From Lingula anatina (lineage: Eukaryota; Animalia; Brachiopoda): 64,000 bases of DNA. This document shows positions 23,201-36,818 of the stretch, piece after piece. The DNA is taken from NCBI GenBank assembly GCA_051362555.1, contig CM120648.1, forward strand, positions 5,328,587-5,392,586, read 5' to 3'. The notes under the pieces are model-generated. The model worked only from the letters and a program-made list of their open reading frames with translations, did not search any database and was not told where the DNA came from. Position numbers and translations under genes: made by a program. Positions within the stretch are counted from its first letter, which is position 1, and every line of letters starts with the position of its first letter.

Positions 23201-25530
23201 ACGGCAATCATTCTGTATTGAAAGTATGCCCTCTGTTCCGAACAAAAAAAAATGTTCGTAAAAGGCATGAATGCTGAACAATCTTTCTGTAAAGTACGTC
23301 CCTTATGAACTCTTTACTGATGATGATTCATTCGTTTTAAGGGTTACCCGAGAGAAACGGTAAGAGCCACTCTGTGCAGATCGCCACCATGGCCCTGGAC
23401 CTGCTGGACCACATCAGTCAACTGGAGATTCCTCACATGCCCGGACACCAGTTCCGCCTCAGGATCGGCATACATACGGGTAACTATTCATACGGGTAGT
23501 TGTACATACGGGCAATTGAACATACGGGTAATGTGACGTGCTAGGTATGGGTAGCTATATATATGCAAACAGGAATTTGTGTGGAGGGGACCATTCCCAT
23601 ATCCTTATCGTGCTAGCTGGATCGATCTAACTCCCCTGGAATGCTCGCTATATTGCATTCAGTTTAAGCGGCTTAAATGTCTGGCACTACCCTTTGTAAT
23701 TTAAAGTACTTCGGAAAAGTCGGGAAAACTTTGTGGTCCATAATGCTGTTCAGGTTGCTTTGCGAGGGGCCGTGTCAGACAATTAAGCTGATTACATTGA
23801 CTGCGCCTTAGCGAGAATCCCCGCTGAGATAGACAATTTATACATGCAGGTACCAGTAACTCTTCGCGTGGTAGCTACCCGAGTACACTCAAGGTAACTT
23901 GCTCATCTTTCTCATCTGGCAAGATCTGTCATAAGCAAAAAACAAAGAAAATCGATTAACTAGCGTCATTATAATTTCGTCTTCGTTATTGATATTCCCA
24001 TTACAGTAAAAGACATAAGATCTACCTATCAGTATATAACAACTAGTACATATTTTAACTGTCAGTTTTCATATAATACTGGTAACATGATGCTGTTCTA
24101 GGACCTGTTGTGTCCGGCGTTGTGGGACTGAAGATGCCACGGTACTGTTTGTTTGGTGACACTGTCAGTATTGCCTCCCGTATGGAGTCCCTGGGACTGC
24201 GTAAGTACCCAGTGACCCCTAAAGTACATGGGCCGTTTCTCTTTATGCATTAAGAATATACTCCCCGACTTTCCTTCTGCGAAATCAGTAAAAAGACCGC
24301 TTGCCAAGCGTTAGGCATTTTGCAATTGATTTTACTTGGACCGTGATAGAATGTGCGCAGTGTTATTGTTACAGATGTTGTATCCTCTCATTAATTCTTT
24401 CAGTGTGTAATCACAACACATGTAGGATATCAATAGATGATGACACTGTTTGATACTCTTTCAGCGTCTAAGATACACATAAGTCAGTTGACGTTTGAAG
24501 CTTTGAGTGAAATTGGTGGATTTGTGATGAAAATTCGCGAGGAGAAAGTTCTTCAGGTAAGTTTTCCTGGCTATCTATTTTAATACCGTACAGTGCACTA
24601 CATGTCCTGCACAAATACACGTGGTACGTAAGATTACGTGAAAAATGCAAATAGAAAAGGAACACAAGATGTCCTGATAGACATCGAAATATTAGCTGTT
24701 GACTGAAGAAAAATTCACATCATTCTTATAACTTAACACAGCTGATGAAATTCTTCTCTGAGAAAAGGAACACGTTTAAGAAATCTTTAACAAGACTCTA
24801 TTTATTAGATACATTTTACTTGATAGTTAATGAATAAAAAGCGTTCCTAGTCTGGGATCAGTATGGTCAAGTTTCATTGCAGAATACACATAGTTTGTTC
24901 TTTAAATCTCAGAAAGTGAAAGAAAAAGAAAAAAAAGCATTTATTCTCCTTTCGAATGAACACTGTGGTTTACATGTATTTAGGCATTGGTATGTGTTTC
25001 TTCGTTGATCAATTGTTTCCAGAACGAGAAATTCATGCGACTGACCTTGCGCGGCAAATCGGACACTTACTGGCTCCTTGACCGGACCGGAATGCGGCGG
25101 AAGACGCTGTGTCGTCAACCGGATCAGTCCAGCTACAATTCGGATGACGGATGCTGGCAGTCACCCCCCGCGAGGAGGGACCATAACGTGGACCAGCTTG
25201 ATTACTATAATGGTAAATATGATGGTTTACTCGATATGATATAGGCCCCATAACCATTGTGAAAATAAACATCTTCTTAGCTGTTATAAAAGCGGAGAGT
25301 GTGAAAAATCCGATTTTTCTGATAACTGTGATACACAGATAATAAAACCATGTTGGAGAAAAAAAATGCAAACTCGCAGTTTTCCTCCACAATCCAAGGT
25401 CGGAGTCTAGATTACGTTACACTGAACCATGTATAAAACACATATTCAAAACGCAATGTTCTCTGTTACAGGTCCTCAGGATTTCGAAGACCATATGGAA
25501 GACCACATGGAAACGTATTCTTTCTACTAG
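18335..25530 (+). CDS. NIT-domain transmembrane guanylyl cyclase, paralog 2 (12 coding exons, ~704 aa; first intron needs a GC donor)
   Basis: Exons 18335-18515 (GC donor), 19345-19493, 19714-19846, 20284-20504, 20821-21380, 22343-22529, 22772-22877, 23342-23479, 24102-24200, 24465-24556, 25023-25212, 25472-25530 join in frame (2115 nt). Exons 2-10 have the same lengths as in paralog 3. Motifs [42 protein letters not shown]. Confidence 0.9.
18504..18745. repeat. 40-bp minisatellite, 6 copies, spanning the exon 1 donor of paralog 2
   Basis: Unit atttttgcgaagg(c/t)aagtgtgtgttgtgtgtctgggagat, nearly identical copies. Confidence 0.97.
23473..23535. repeat. 16-bp tandem repeat, 4 copies, spanning the exon 8 donor of paralog 2
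   Basis: catacgggta / catacgggca at 23473, 23489, 23505, 23521. Confidence 0.85.
23617..23840. mobile_element. Hairpin MITE (gatcgatcta family), degenerate copy
   Basis: gatcgatctaactcccctgg..cgcta.attgca.tcag and the right arm ttagcgagaatcccc..gataga match 63509-63682. Confidence 0.6.
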
Positions 25531-28500
25531 ACAAGCTGCTACAATAAAAAAAAGATCTTCAAGATAAGCACCAATTACCGCCCAAGCAACACATCGACGT
25601 TTTCCAGAACAAATTATTGCCTAAATGCCAACGGTTATAAAATAATATCACGGATAGAAAAAAAAAGAGTGAATTTCTTTTACACTGTTATGTGATTTTG
25701 GATTACTGCAAAACTGGTTCATAATTTACGGCATTTGTGTTTTGTTATTTTAAAAGGTAACACAACGTTCTTTATTAAACATAGGTTTCTCTAGAAAGTA
25801 ATTAAGTTTTGAGATGTATTACATTGTCAAATTGTATATCATATTGCACTTGTGACCCGAATTCAACGTATTGGAAGTGACTGTTCATATTTTAGCTTAG
25901 CTTTAATTTTATCAAATTACTTCTATTCATCATGTTGATTTCGGTGTTCTTCGTCAGTGTTGATCATTAACGGTGTGAAAGAAGACGAAATGTAACACAT
26001 AAGTAAATGTAACACACATGTAAAGTAACACATATGAATGCATATTATTTTCGTTTATCCAAAAAGAAACATGGATAATGTACCCGATGGATTTTACTGT
26101 ACATAAAAAGGGAGTATTGTAGTTGTTGGAAACCTGAAAATCCCCGCCTTCTTCCCACTTTCAAAAACATGACAAAATCGTCAGAGAATTTGAAAACTTT
26201 TGGTGAGAAACATGTTTGTTATATTTAAAAGTTATACATGCATTATTCAAAGCGGACCATTGCAAAAAAAAAAAAAAAAAAAACTCTGTGGTTAAGATTG
26301 CCATTTTGCAAATTGTCATCAAGGATTGAAAAGTACAATTGTTAAAAATAATTATTTATTTTGCGAACATACACACATACATACATACATATTCATTAGA
26401 AATTGGTATCTGTGGAATATGTTATGTAAAATCATCAAAGAGCTAGTTGTGAAAATAAAATGATATATTAATTTATGTATTAAAACAAGAATTAACTTAA
26501 AATTTTAGACTTAAAACGAAAAACTGCTTAAGGGTCAAATCTCTTGTAAGAACCAGCTGTAGAAAATGAGAAAAAGAACGGTTGCATTTTTGAGATAATT
26601 ACATTTATAAACCCCTTGCATGTATCTTATAAGTTCAGCATGTTGTGATTATTTCTCGTGAACTTACTCCTAAATTACAGTATATATGTGATGCGTACAG
26701 TGTATTGTATTATAAGAAATGTCTAATAAAGTGCTAGTGAAACAAATGCCTTCTCTTTGTATATGGCCGAAGGGAATACGCGTATTACACGAACTTGTGC
26801 AAACGAGAGTGATATGTGATATGTCAGTCGAGGCATGCTTCAATTTAATTGGTTGACGTTGAAAGACGTCAAGGAAGGGGGCGGGGCTTGTGCTGCATCC
26901 GGTTTCACAAAATATTGACAGAATGTGGAGAACAAAAATAAACAAAATGTGTCTTTACTTAATGACCGTTTACTCAGCAAAATCGCAGATCGATGTCTTA
27001 AGATGGACAATATTAAAAAAAATATATGTAGTTGCACTTATCATGTTAATCTAATAACGTATATATTGGAATTACGCTGTTTCTCATACACTTATAAAGG
27101 CAATTAAAATTAAAAAGAATAATGTATAAAAGAGTCTTTAAACGTTCAGTGATAACTGAACTGTCACTTTGATCCAAGTTAATCAACATTCTACGTAGAC
27201 AATTGCGTCTGTTTTATAGAAACAAGAATATTCTACTTGTATAGATTATCTAACAGATTTGTTCTGGGTGGTCAAAAATAAGAGCCAATTTTTGGACTAA
27301 AATGCTCTTGTAAAACGTGCCCATCAAATACATGTATATATTAATAAATGCTCAGTTTAAGGATCTGAATTATTAAAAAAAATAAAACCTTGTGGACGAA
27401 ATCGTGCAGAAATGTGACTTGAATCATGTAAGAATACAAGTCGTCAAATTTGAGAATGGAGGACATAACTGATATGGCGAGAAATGTCATCTACACATTT
27501 ACCATAATCTGTTTGGAATTGTGATTTTTGCTTAAAAACTTCCACTGCACTTGACAGTTATTTTTCATTTTAGTAATAGTATGACCCGGCGTAGAAATCA
27601 ACCTAATGGTGTTAATTTGCTTTTTATTCCATATTTGATTCACGAGATAATTATCCTGTAAACCAGATATTATGAAAAATTCCAAGTAATTGGTTTAATT
27701 CCCCCCCTTAAAATATTTTCATGTGATCACTAAATATCACAGAGATCAAATTATTATAATTAAGAAATACCCACTGTTCTTCAACCTCCTGCATTGCAAA
27801 AGATCATCTTAATTTCTTTAATGAGGGCATAAAAGTCATCAAAGCAACCAATCATTAAACAACGCAAAGAAGCCCCTTATAAATGTATTTGTAATGAAAC
27901 CAATATATAACTTTGAATATAATACATAACTTATCGACGAAAATATGTTAAAGCCGCATTTAACCTCGAGCTCGTCTTTAATTCTTAAAATTGTCAGGTA
28001 GGTACCCTAACCAGCGTGAAATAGACTTATGTCTTTCTCGAGCAAAACCCACCACCGATGCAAAAAGGTAAAAAGCCAGATGATAAAAAAGACATATCGT
28101 TGAGCTACGTCACTTCATTTTCACTTATCCCCGTCTACCCTGTTGGGAAATAGGTCCAGGGCACGGTGACACCATTCTTTGCTATCTTTCGCTACCGTAC
28201 ACGCCTGGCCCCAAGTCAAACCCATCTCTTGTAACTTGTTCTGGACTGTCGCCAAGGGAATTTGATAGCATATTATTGTGCTACGTGGGCACTCAAGACG
28301 TAATTATCCACCCAAGCGACAATTGTGCCGGAGGACTCACTACTTAAAAAAGCAAAATGATCATAACACATAAAAAGTTGTGACATTATGTTGAACTATA
28401 TGTACTTGTGCATGGACAGCTTTGCAAAGCACTTCACTACAAACAAAATCAAATTAATCATAGTTGATAGATAGTTAACGAAATCACTGGAAAAGCAACC

Positions 28501-30692
28501 TATAGTTTTGAAGATAGGAATAGACCAAAGGGTGTGTGACCCGTTTTGAAAATGTTTTGTCGAAATTCTCTTAAGCTATACGTGGTGAATTGGCAGGGCT
28601 AGGTAAGGAATGTGAACAAAACACAGCTAGCAGGCCCGAAATATCATAAAGTTTATCTAATGTACTCAAGCGCCATCAAAATATTCAAATGAATAGCAGA
28701 GATATTGCAACAACTGCCTGGAAATAAGTGATCGATTGTGTAAATAGGGAGAAGGTTTTTACACTGGCAAGAATGGCCAAGTAACATATGATCCTCAAAT
28801 ATTTATAGTTGCCCCCCATACCCCCACCCTACCCCACCCCCCACCCCCATCCAAAAAGAAAGAAACAAAAAGAGGAAAGAAAGAAAGAAGGCGGTGGTAA
28901 TGGAGAGACCAGCAACATTTGGACAATGATTTGAAAAGCGGAATGAAGGAGAGACGGGATGAAACAAGGGTGAAATCGAGAAATCAAGAGGAAGAGCCTT
29001 AAGAGAAAACCTAATGTACCGTTGGGGAAAGAGCGGGGGCCAAAAAAGACTAAAATTTCAAATTAAAATTCCTCAACTTTGTAGGTGGTTTATAGAAACG
29101 TAAACAGTTTCCACGACACTGTGTTTGAATCACCTCCTCAAAGATGTTGCATAGTCACCGGGTTCTTATACAATGCAAAAACCGAACTATACCGCCTTAA
29201 TGAATTGCTGACAACCAAAATGATGCTTATTTTCTTTTACGCAAACGAAGACGAGCTGAAAAACAGCTATATCTGGTCCTCCAAACAGCGTCATAATCAT
29301 TATGGGACCTTGTGTTGATGTGTTTGACCTAACGACCAGTAAACAATGGGCCATTATAAGGTACTGCTGCACGGCTATAATGAGGGAGTATTCGAAGGAT
29401 GGACTCACGAAATAACCCGGATGATAGGTGATTTATGAAATCCTAATGAGACAGAGATCTTGCATCTGTAAGAAGTAAAAACGATTAAGCCATCAGTTGT
29501 TTTCGCGAGGGTTTGAAACCAGCAATCTTTGGACAACAGTTGACTATTTGAAAAATTGATAGTCTCACAGAGCAAGCTGGTGTTATAGGCAAGGTGCAGG
29601 GAAACTTCAAGACAGGTGGGTATTTTTCAAATTGTTGAGACATTTTTGATGTTAAAGATGTGTCAGGTTTGGGTACATAATTACCAGGACAAAGATCTGG
29701 GTGCCCATATGCCCCAATGACTTTGAGACAAATTTCTGGGTGCTTCTCGTATAAAATTTTAGTAACAGGTTCTTCAAATAATTGAGAAAACGCTGAAGGG
29801 GACAACGCGCTTTATGCCTTCCATATTTTATATCATCGTTTTGGAAAGTTTAATCGCCAGAAAATCCACTTGTCATGCGCCCGGTGTAAATGGTACTTAT
29901 TTGTTGATCCTTTACGTAACCAAACGTTAACAAATGCTTAGAAGATACTGTATAGGGTTGTCTGCAGTGATAAAACATGTAATATTATTGTAAATAATTG
30001 AATAAGAGCAAAACTGACAGTTGTAGCTTAATAAGAATATATCAGTCTTGCTTACTGATATGAAACAGACAGGTCGGCGTAAGACCATCAATGTTTCCAA
30101 TGCTTCCTGCTTGAACGTTTTCCGTTTGTTTAAATGAAAATAAGCCTCACGGAATAATGCTGTGTATAGAATACGTCTAAATTAAAGAAAGAGTGCAATT
30201 TTAATTATTTTTACATACCCCTTGTGCAGTTTGGTGTTTTCTATTTATGCAGAGGGATATGATTTAGTCGTTTGTGTTTTGTTGGGTAGTACACATACCA
30301 TGAAAGATGCAAGCCGTCATTGGGGTGGTGATGGAGAGAGAGGGTACATGTAGCTGAATGTCTTAGCCTGTCAGTAGAAGAACCGTTTTCAGATTAGACC
30401 AGGTTATGTTAATCGAGACTAATTTTAAGAACTTGAAAATATGGAATAATTTACCACACATAGCATACTTTCATTTTCAGCGAGTAACAGTAAACAGTAA
30501 CAGTAAACAAACTTTCTTCTAATTTCTTTTCGGCATGAGAGCAAAGGGTTTTGTCTTTTAATGATTCTTGATTTTTTTTAAACTTTTGCCGACCAAGACA
30601 TTGGTGATAACATATCTGTACAATTGTCTCTTCCAATAACACGGCCTAATGGCACGTTCCCAGTAAAACTTATTACTTTATCAGGCCCTTCT

Positions 30693-31054
30693 TAGCGCTG
30701 AGTACAAGTAATCAATATAAAGACAATTGACAATGGCTTATCCCAATTACATTGGCGCAGTGTGGAACAAAACAGGGATTAGATTAAATTGTTTTCGTTA
30801 GAAAAAGCATACACATGGTCTATTGAGTTAGCAAGTACTAAGTTAAACCGACGCAACCTAACTGAAATGCGACTAGCGCTGAGTACAAGAAATCAATATA
30901 AAGACAATTGACAATGGCTTATCCCAATTACATTGGCGCAGTGTGGAACAAAACAGGGATTAGATTAAATTGTTTTCATTAGAAAAAGCATACACATGGT
31001 CTATTGAGTTAGCAAGTACTAAATTAAACCGACGCAACCTAACTGAAATGCGAC
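30693..31054. repeat. Recent 181-bp direct tandem duplication just upstream of the first coding exon of paralog 3
   Basis: 30693-30873 and 30874-31054, with 3 mismatches by eye. Confidence 0.95.
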
Positions 31055-31125
31055 CAGCAAAATGTATTATTGTAAGGTATGTTTTTATTTTATTCGAAGT
31101 GGCCATTTCTTATTACAGTAGCGTC

Positions 31126-34100
31126 ATGTCGCGACTACCAACGGCTAATAAGGTGGAGCCGATGGATCCGTCCCCACATTTACCCTGTTCTGTAAAGTCG
31201 TCCCGGTCTTCCTCGATGACGTCATCACACCTGGACCTGGCCGTGATGGAGATGCTGAACGTAAAGCCGGTGACGTCAAAGTTGGATCTCTGCGAAGGTA
31301 AACGACAATAACGTATCATAAAACGTATCCTACATAATACTTCTTTAAAGATTTTATGTATATTGTGCCCTGTTTTATATTTTGAATTAAATCTTCCTAC
31401 CTTTAATTTATGTTTTTGGTGTTTGCTTAATCCTTTTATCAGAAACGCGTTAATAAAACTATGAGTTGCGAGCTTATTAATAAGCTATTATTGTTATAAT
31501 GGAAATATATTAGCAAAACAACTTTCGTTAAGCAAAACAAAAGAGAGACATTAATGATAGTTCATATCTAATTCGAAGTTACTAGAGTATCATTTTTACA
31601 AGATAACCTTTTTAGTGTGCCCTTAACTCCGCAGATCACACATCTGCTATTTCTGTAATTTATCCAAAAGTTTCGGACGTACTTGAAGGTATCTGATATA
31701 ATCCAACATCTCACTCACCTTGAACGTGTACATGTATCACCATGGATTTCATACTTCGCGGAAACAGTGTCTCATGGCTCATATGCTTCGCGGAATCCAT
31801 ATTTCATATCAGGCTCGTAGCCAGGGGGGGTCGGGGGGGGGGGGAGGTTTCGAAAGAACTACCCTTTTTGCTGGGAAAAGGTCCACTCTGGGTAAAATTT
31901 GACTTATGTACTTGAGGATTTTATGGTAAAAGGTCCACTTTTTCAGAAAACGCCCCCCCCCCCCTCTGAAATTGCTGACTATGGGACTGCATATTTATAA
32001 ATTTTTGGCCCAATTTTTAGGCAATCCTATCACAAAATCAGGCAAGCGGATCCAGATGCAGAGGATGATTTGTATTACCATATTGCCCAGCCTGGTTCTG
32101 CTGGGGCTCAGTGGGAGCATCGCAGTACAGACGGGGCTGGAGTACGTCAGGGCAGTCGAACTCCTATCGGTGAGTTGCCTGCTTTCTTTTGATGAACGCT
32201 CTCTGTTATTTCTCTCTATTTCTCTCTTTTTAAGCACGGGGACTTGTTCCACAAACAAATAAATAGCCATATGCCTAGCCCGAGACCTGCTCTAAACTTT
32301 CGGTCCAAAATATTTGTTCAATTTGACATACAGATCGTTCCATTAAATGAAATGCCACGTCCGTTTTAAAGCAGGAGATTCATGTTTCAGACCATAACTT
32401 ACTTTATTTTAGTTGACTACCATGGAATTGTCAAAAACTGAAGTAGATACAATTTTTAATGCCTAGGATAAATGTTGAGGCCCTCTTTCGCCTGGTAAAA
32501 GGACTTAATTGTAAATTATTTGTATTATTCATTAGATTAAACTGGGAGGGGATGGTATACGACGGTGTAATTTTGAAAAAATAATGATAATTCCTTGATG
32601 CCGGCTGTTTTCACACAGAAATTGTTAATTTGAGAGTCAAACACATTTGGGGAGGAGGGGCGAGCTGCACAAAAAAGTGCCCCCCTGTACTGTAGAGTTT
32701 ATAATGGAAATATCTTGTTAGCACTATCAGAACACAACTGTTATTTTCATATGTTCATTTTTACCTTTAACTTCTCTGAATATGTGCATTCAAAAGACTC
32801 CCCTGCCACAGATAAGAAATTAAAGGTGTAACTTATTAGCCTGAATTAGCCTGAAAATTATTAGCCTGAATGGAAGTATACAAAGTCTGTTATACTCATA
32901 TTTAAAATTTTTCCAACGCCAATACTGTTGCCTACCGCAGATAATCCGCCAGAGTGTGGAACAAGGAGAACTCATCAAGAACCTCCAGGACGAGAGAGAT
33001 TTGAGTGCTCTGTATGTCAGCTTACTCGGGGACGAAAACAAGGATATTCTAGTCCAGCAATACCCTGTCACAGGTATCTATTCGCTATCTTCCCACCAAA
33101 CACAACGTTATTATAACGTTACCATAACGTTTATATAACTTAAAAAAAAACGTTCTGTTAACGTGATTTTAACGTTATAAAACGCTCTGTGTTTGCTGGG
33201 TTAAACTTGCCACCTGGTAGGGTTGGCATAGGTTGTCGCAATCGTAAGTATCAAATTAAACCCAGCACCAACGGATCGATTTCCCAAGCGGTCACTATCG
33301 TGCCATGTAAAGAATATTTTATAGTTTGCGATACTAGATATTAGTATTTTAATACTAATATCTAGTATTTTAGTAAATTTTAAAATCAAAATTAAAATAA
33401 AGATAATAAGCATTACGAAAAAAAAAGAAAGACATTGCAATGGCAAAATGGTGTACCCCTTTTGTTATTCAAACATGTTTAGGTTTATCGGTTTGGGCAC
33501 GCCATTACAAAAACTTGGTGATAAAACATTGCGCAAATGACAAACTTCGTGCAATCAAAATCATAATTAACGTCGGATAGATCAACCAAGCCCAATGGTT
33601 CTAAATATTTTTAAAATTAATGCTTGCTTATCCTTTACTTTACTGTTTAAGACGCAACTTTGGTCGGACTTACTTTCTGGCCAGAATTGGACACACCCTC
33701 AGCCGCTTACAAGACAAGAATGAAGTTTTTGAACCATCTGAACAGACACCGTTACCAGCTAGACTCGCTGTACCCCGTGTACCACGCCAATGCCAACGTC
33801 CACGAGGAGATTTCTTTCTACTCAGACATCATTACCCTGCTTATCCGCTGGCTTTATCAGATGGCCACAGAGGTGAGTTTTTAGACCGTATGATTAAATG
33901 TCGTGAAAAAAAAGTTGGGATGTTTTCAATTAGAGTTTATATTGTTGACACATAATATCCAGGACAACAGTAAATTATTTCTTATCCAATGATCATACTT
34001 CTTGCGAGCATTGCACATGGTCTTCTGGCAGCTGTTTCAAATGGTTTAAATGAGATTGAATTGACTCACAAGAATTGATTAATCTTCCCGTGTCTATTTC

Positions 34101-34906
34101 TATTTTAATTCTGTAAACCAAAATAAACAGATTGTTATATAAATTGACGTGGTAAAAGAAAAATATGTTCCAGACAAATGATCAGAAACACCTCAGATTA
34201 ATATATGCTTTTTGGTGCTATACAGGTTGGTTCCGGGGAGGTCTGGAAACGACTCGTGGCGTCCATTGAGTTGACAACTGCCAAACAACACCTGGGTATC
34301 GAGCGTGCTCTGGGAGGTTTGTTCTTCGCCCAGGGTGGGTTCGAAAACCCTGAGGAATACACCCTGTACATCAAACACCAAGACATCGCCAATTCCTCCA
34401 TCTACTCAGCCATGAGGTATTACCACTTGGTGGAGGACTTGTTCGACGAGTCTCTGATGTTCAACAACTCGGTATTTGCAAACATCCAGAGCATGCGATA
34501 CATCATCACAGAGAAAGCATTCGAGCCGCGAGATCCAGACCTTGAAACGGGACATTGGTGGATTGGCAACATGAGCGTCGAGATTAACACCATAGCCCAG
34601 ATCCAGCGGACCTTGGCCATGGGGATGTTGGACAGCCTTACTGAGAGGCAGCATAAGGACGGAGTGAGCTTGGCGGGAGAGTCGATGGTCGTGTTCATTG
34701 TCCTGTTGCTCTTCCCTATCATCATCAACTCTGTGTATGGGCTGACTACACAGTTACAGAGTTACTCCTTCGTTTTGGCACAAAAGTGAGTATTTTTAAT
34801 GTTTTACTGGAAGACAGTAATAGCGTGGGGAATAACTCGTACATTTAGTAATTAGTACACTAATCTCAGTATACATATATTTTCTATATTTTTTCATTTT
34901 TCTCTT

Positions 34907-34951
<45 letters not shown>

Positions 34952-36783
34952 GATGTAGCAAAAACCTTTCAAATTGGTGCAAAAAGTACGCATCATGTAA
35001 ATTTTCTCAATAGGACATATCAAGACCTGGACAAGATGTAAGGCACGTTAATTACAATGTCAAATTTTCTCTCCCCAGGACAAAAGCACTGAACAAAGAG
35101 AAGAAGCGTGGGGAGTGGTTACTTCACCGTATGTTGCCACGGACAGTGGCGGAGCAGCTGAGGAGACAGGAACCAGTGGCCCCCGAGGTGTATAAAGACG
35201 TCTCGGTGTTCTTCTCTGATATAGTCGGCTTTACAGAAATATCGTCAACAAGTTCTCCAATTCAAGTGAGTGTTGTCTTAAAACTAATGCAATTCAAGTG
35301 GTTGGGGACGTATTTTAGAGAAAAAAAATAGTTTTTATAATAATAGTTTTCAAAAAAGTTATTTTAATGACGATTTAATTAAGTAGCCAACCAAAAGTAT
35401 ATACATTGGAAGGATTTATTCGTCATGATTTCTGTGACGTTATCTTTCCAAACCCCTTATTCTGTTGTTGTATTATTGTCATTTTTACTCATATGATTGA
35501 GGGATCTTGGATTGTAATTATCAGCATTACTTTGCAATTATTCCCTTTGGCTTTTTACTTTTTCTAATGTTATGGCTTAGCCATTTGTTGTCCATTTGAC
35601 TCTTTACTTTTTCTTTTACCAGTTTCCTGCCCAGGTAATCGTTTGTCCAAAAATTCCTTAAATGATAGGTGTTTTTTTTCAGGTTGTGATCATGCTTAAC
35701 AATTTGTATCGCACTTTTGACGACAGAATTGAAAAATATGACGTGTACAAGGTGGAAACCATCGGCGACGCATACATGGTGGCATCAGGTAGGCTAAGTA
35801 CATCACTCGGTCACCATCGGGTGATTCCGTAACGCGTAAACAAGAGCCACGGATTTCACCAAAAGGCTCAACATTTCTGAATGTTTATATGTTATATAAG
35901 TAGAAAAACTAGGCCAACAAAGATGCTTTTACGTGCGTCACAGCCTCTTGGGTGTTAGTAAAGTCTTGATCTTTATGCCTCTTTATATGATTGTTAGTTA
36001 TTAAAGAGTGTGTATGAAGGAAAAAAAAACTTGGTCTTGGTTCTAGGTGTACCTGAAAGGAACGAAGGACGCCATTCCTCCGAGATTGCCACTATGGCAC
36101 TGGACCTCCTGGACGTCATAAGTCAGTTGGAGATACCTCACATGCCAGAGCAGACGTTTCGCGTCAGAATAGGAATCCACACAGGTAGCGTTTGAAGTGA
36201 TATAAAATCAATGCACCTTTAAATAAATACTATATCAAGACATACAAAACATTGTATCGTTTGTCTCCTACTGTTGACAGTGTTAAGAAACAACCAATTT
36301 CAGTGCTAACTCTAATGAAGGTTGCTAAATTTAAGTATTATGTGTGTATATGAACATTTGATGTACATTAAAATCAAAGAAGTTCCACGATGAGTAGCGC
36401 ACCTCGGTATCTAAAACACTTGAATATCTTGAATATTTGTGTATGATACATATATAATATATAACGTAATGCACGAGTATGTATAAGAGAACGATGCTGT
36501 TCTTCTCATGCACGTGTTTGCACGTGCGCGCGTTCGTATCCAGTTCCATCGACAACGGCAGGACGGTCATAAAATATCATACTTTGTGCAACTCATCTTT
36601 AAAGCGGTACAATTCTACTTCAGGGGCTGTCGTCTCTGGAATCGTTGGCGCCAAGATGCCCCGTTACTGTTTGTTTGGGGACACGGTTAGCATTGCATCT
36701 CGTATGGAGTCTTTAGGAAGACGTGAGTTTCAACGTTTTCCCCGTGAAATAAGTTGTTGTAGTACAAGTTGTGCATGTTTGCA

Positions 36784-36818
<35 letters not shown>

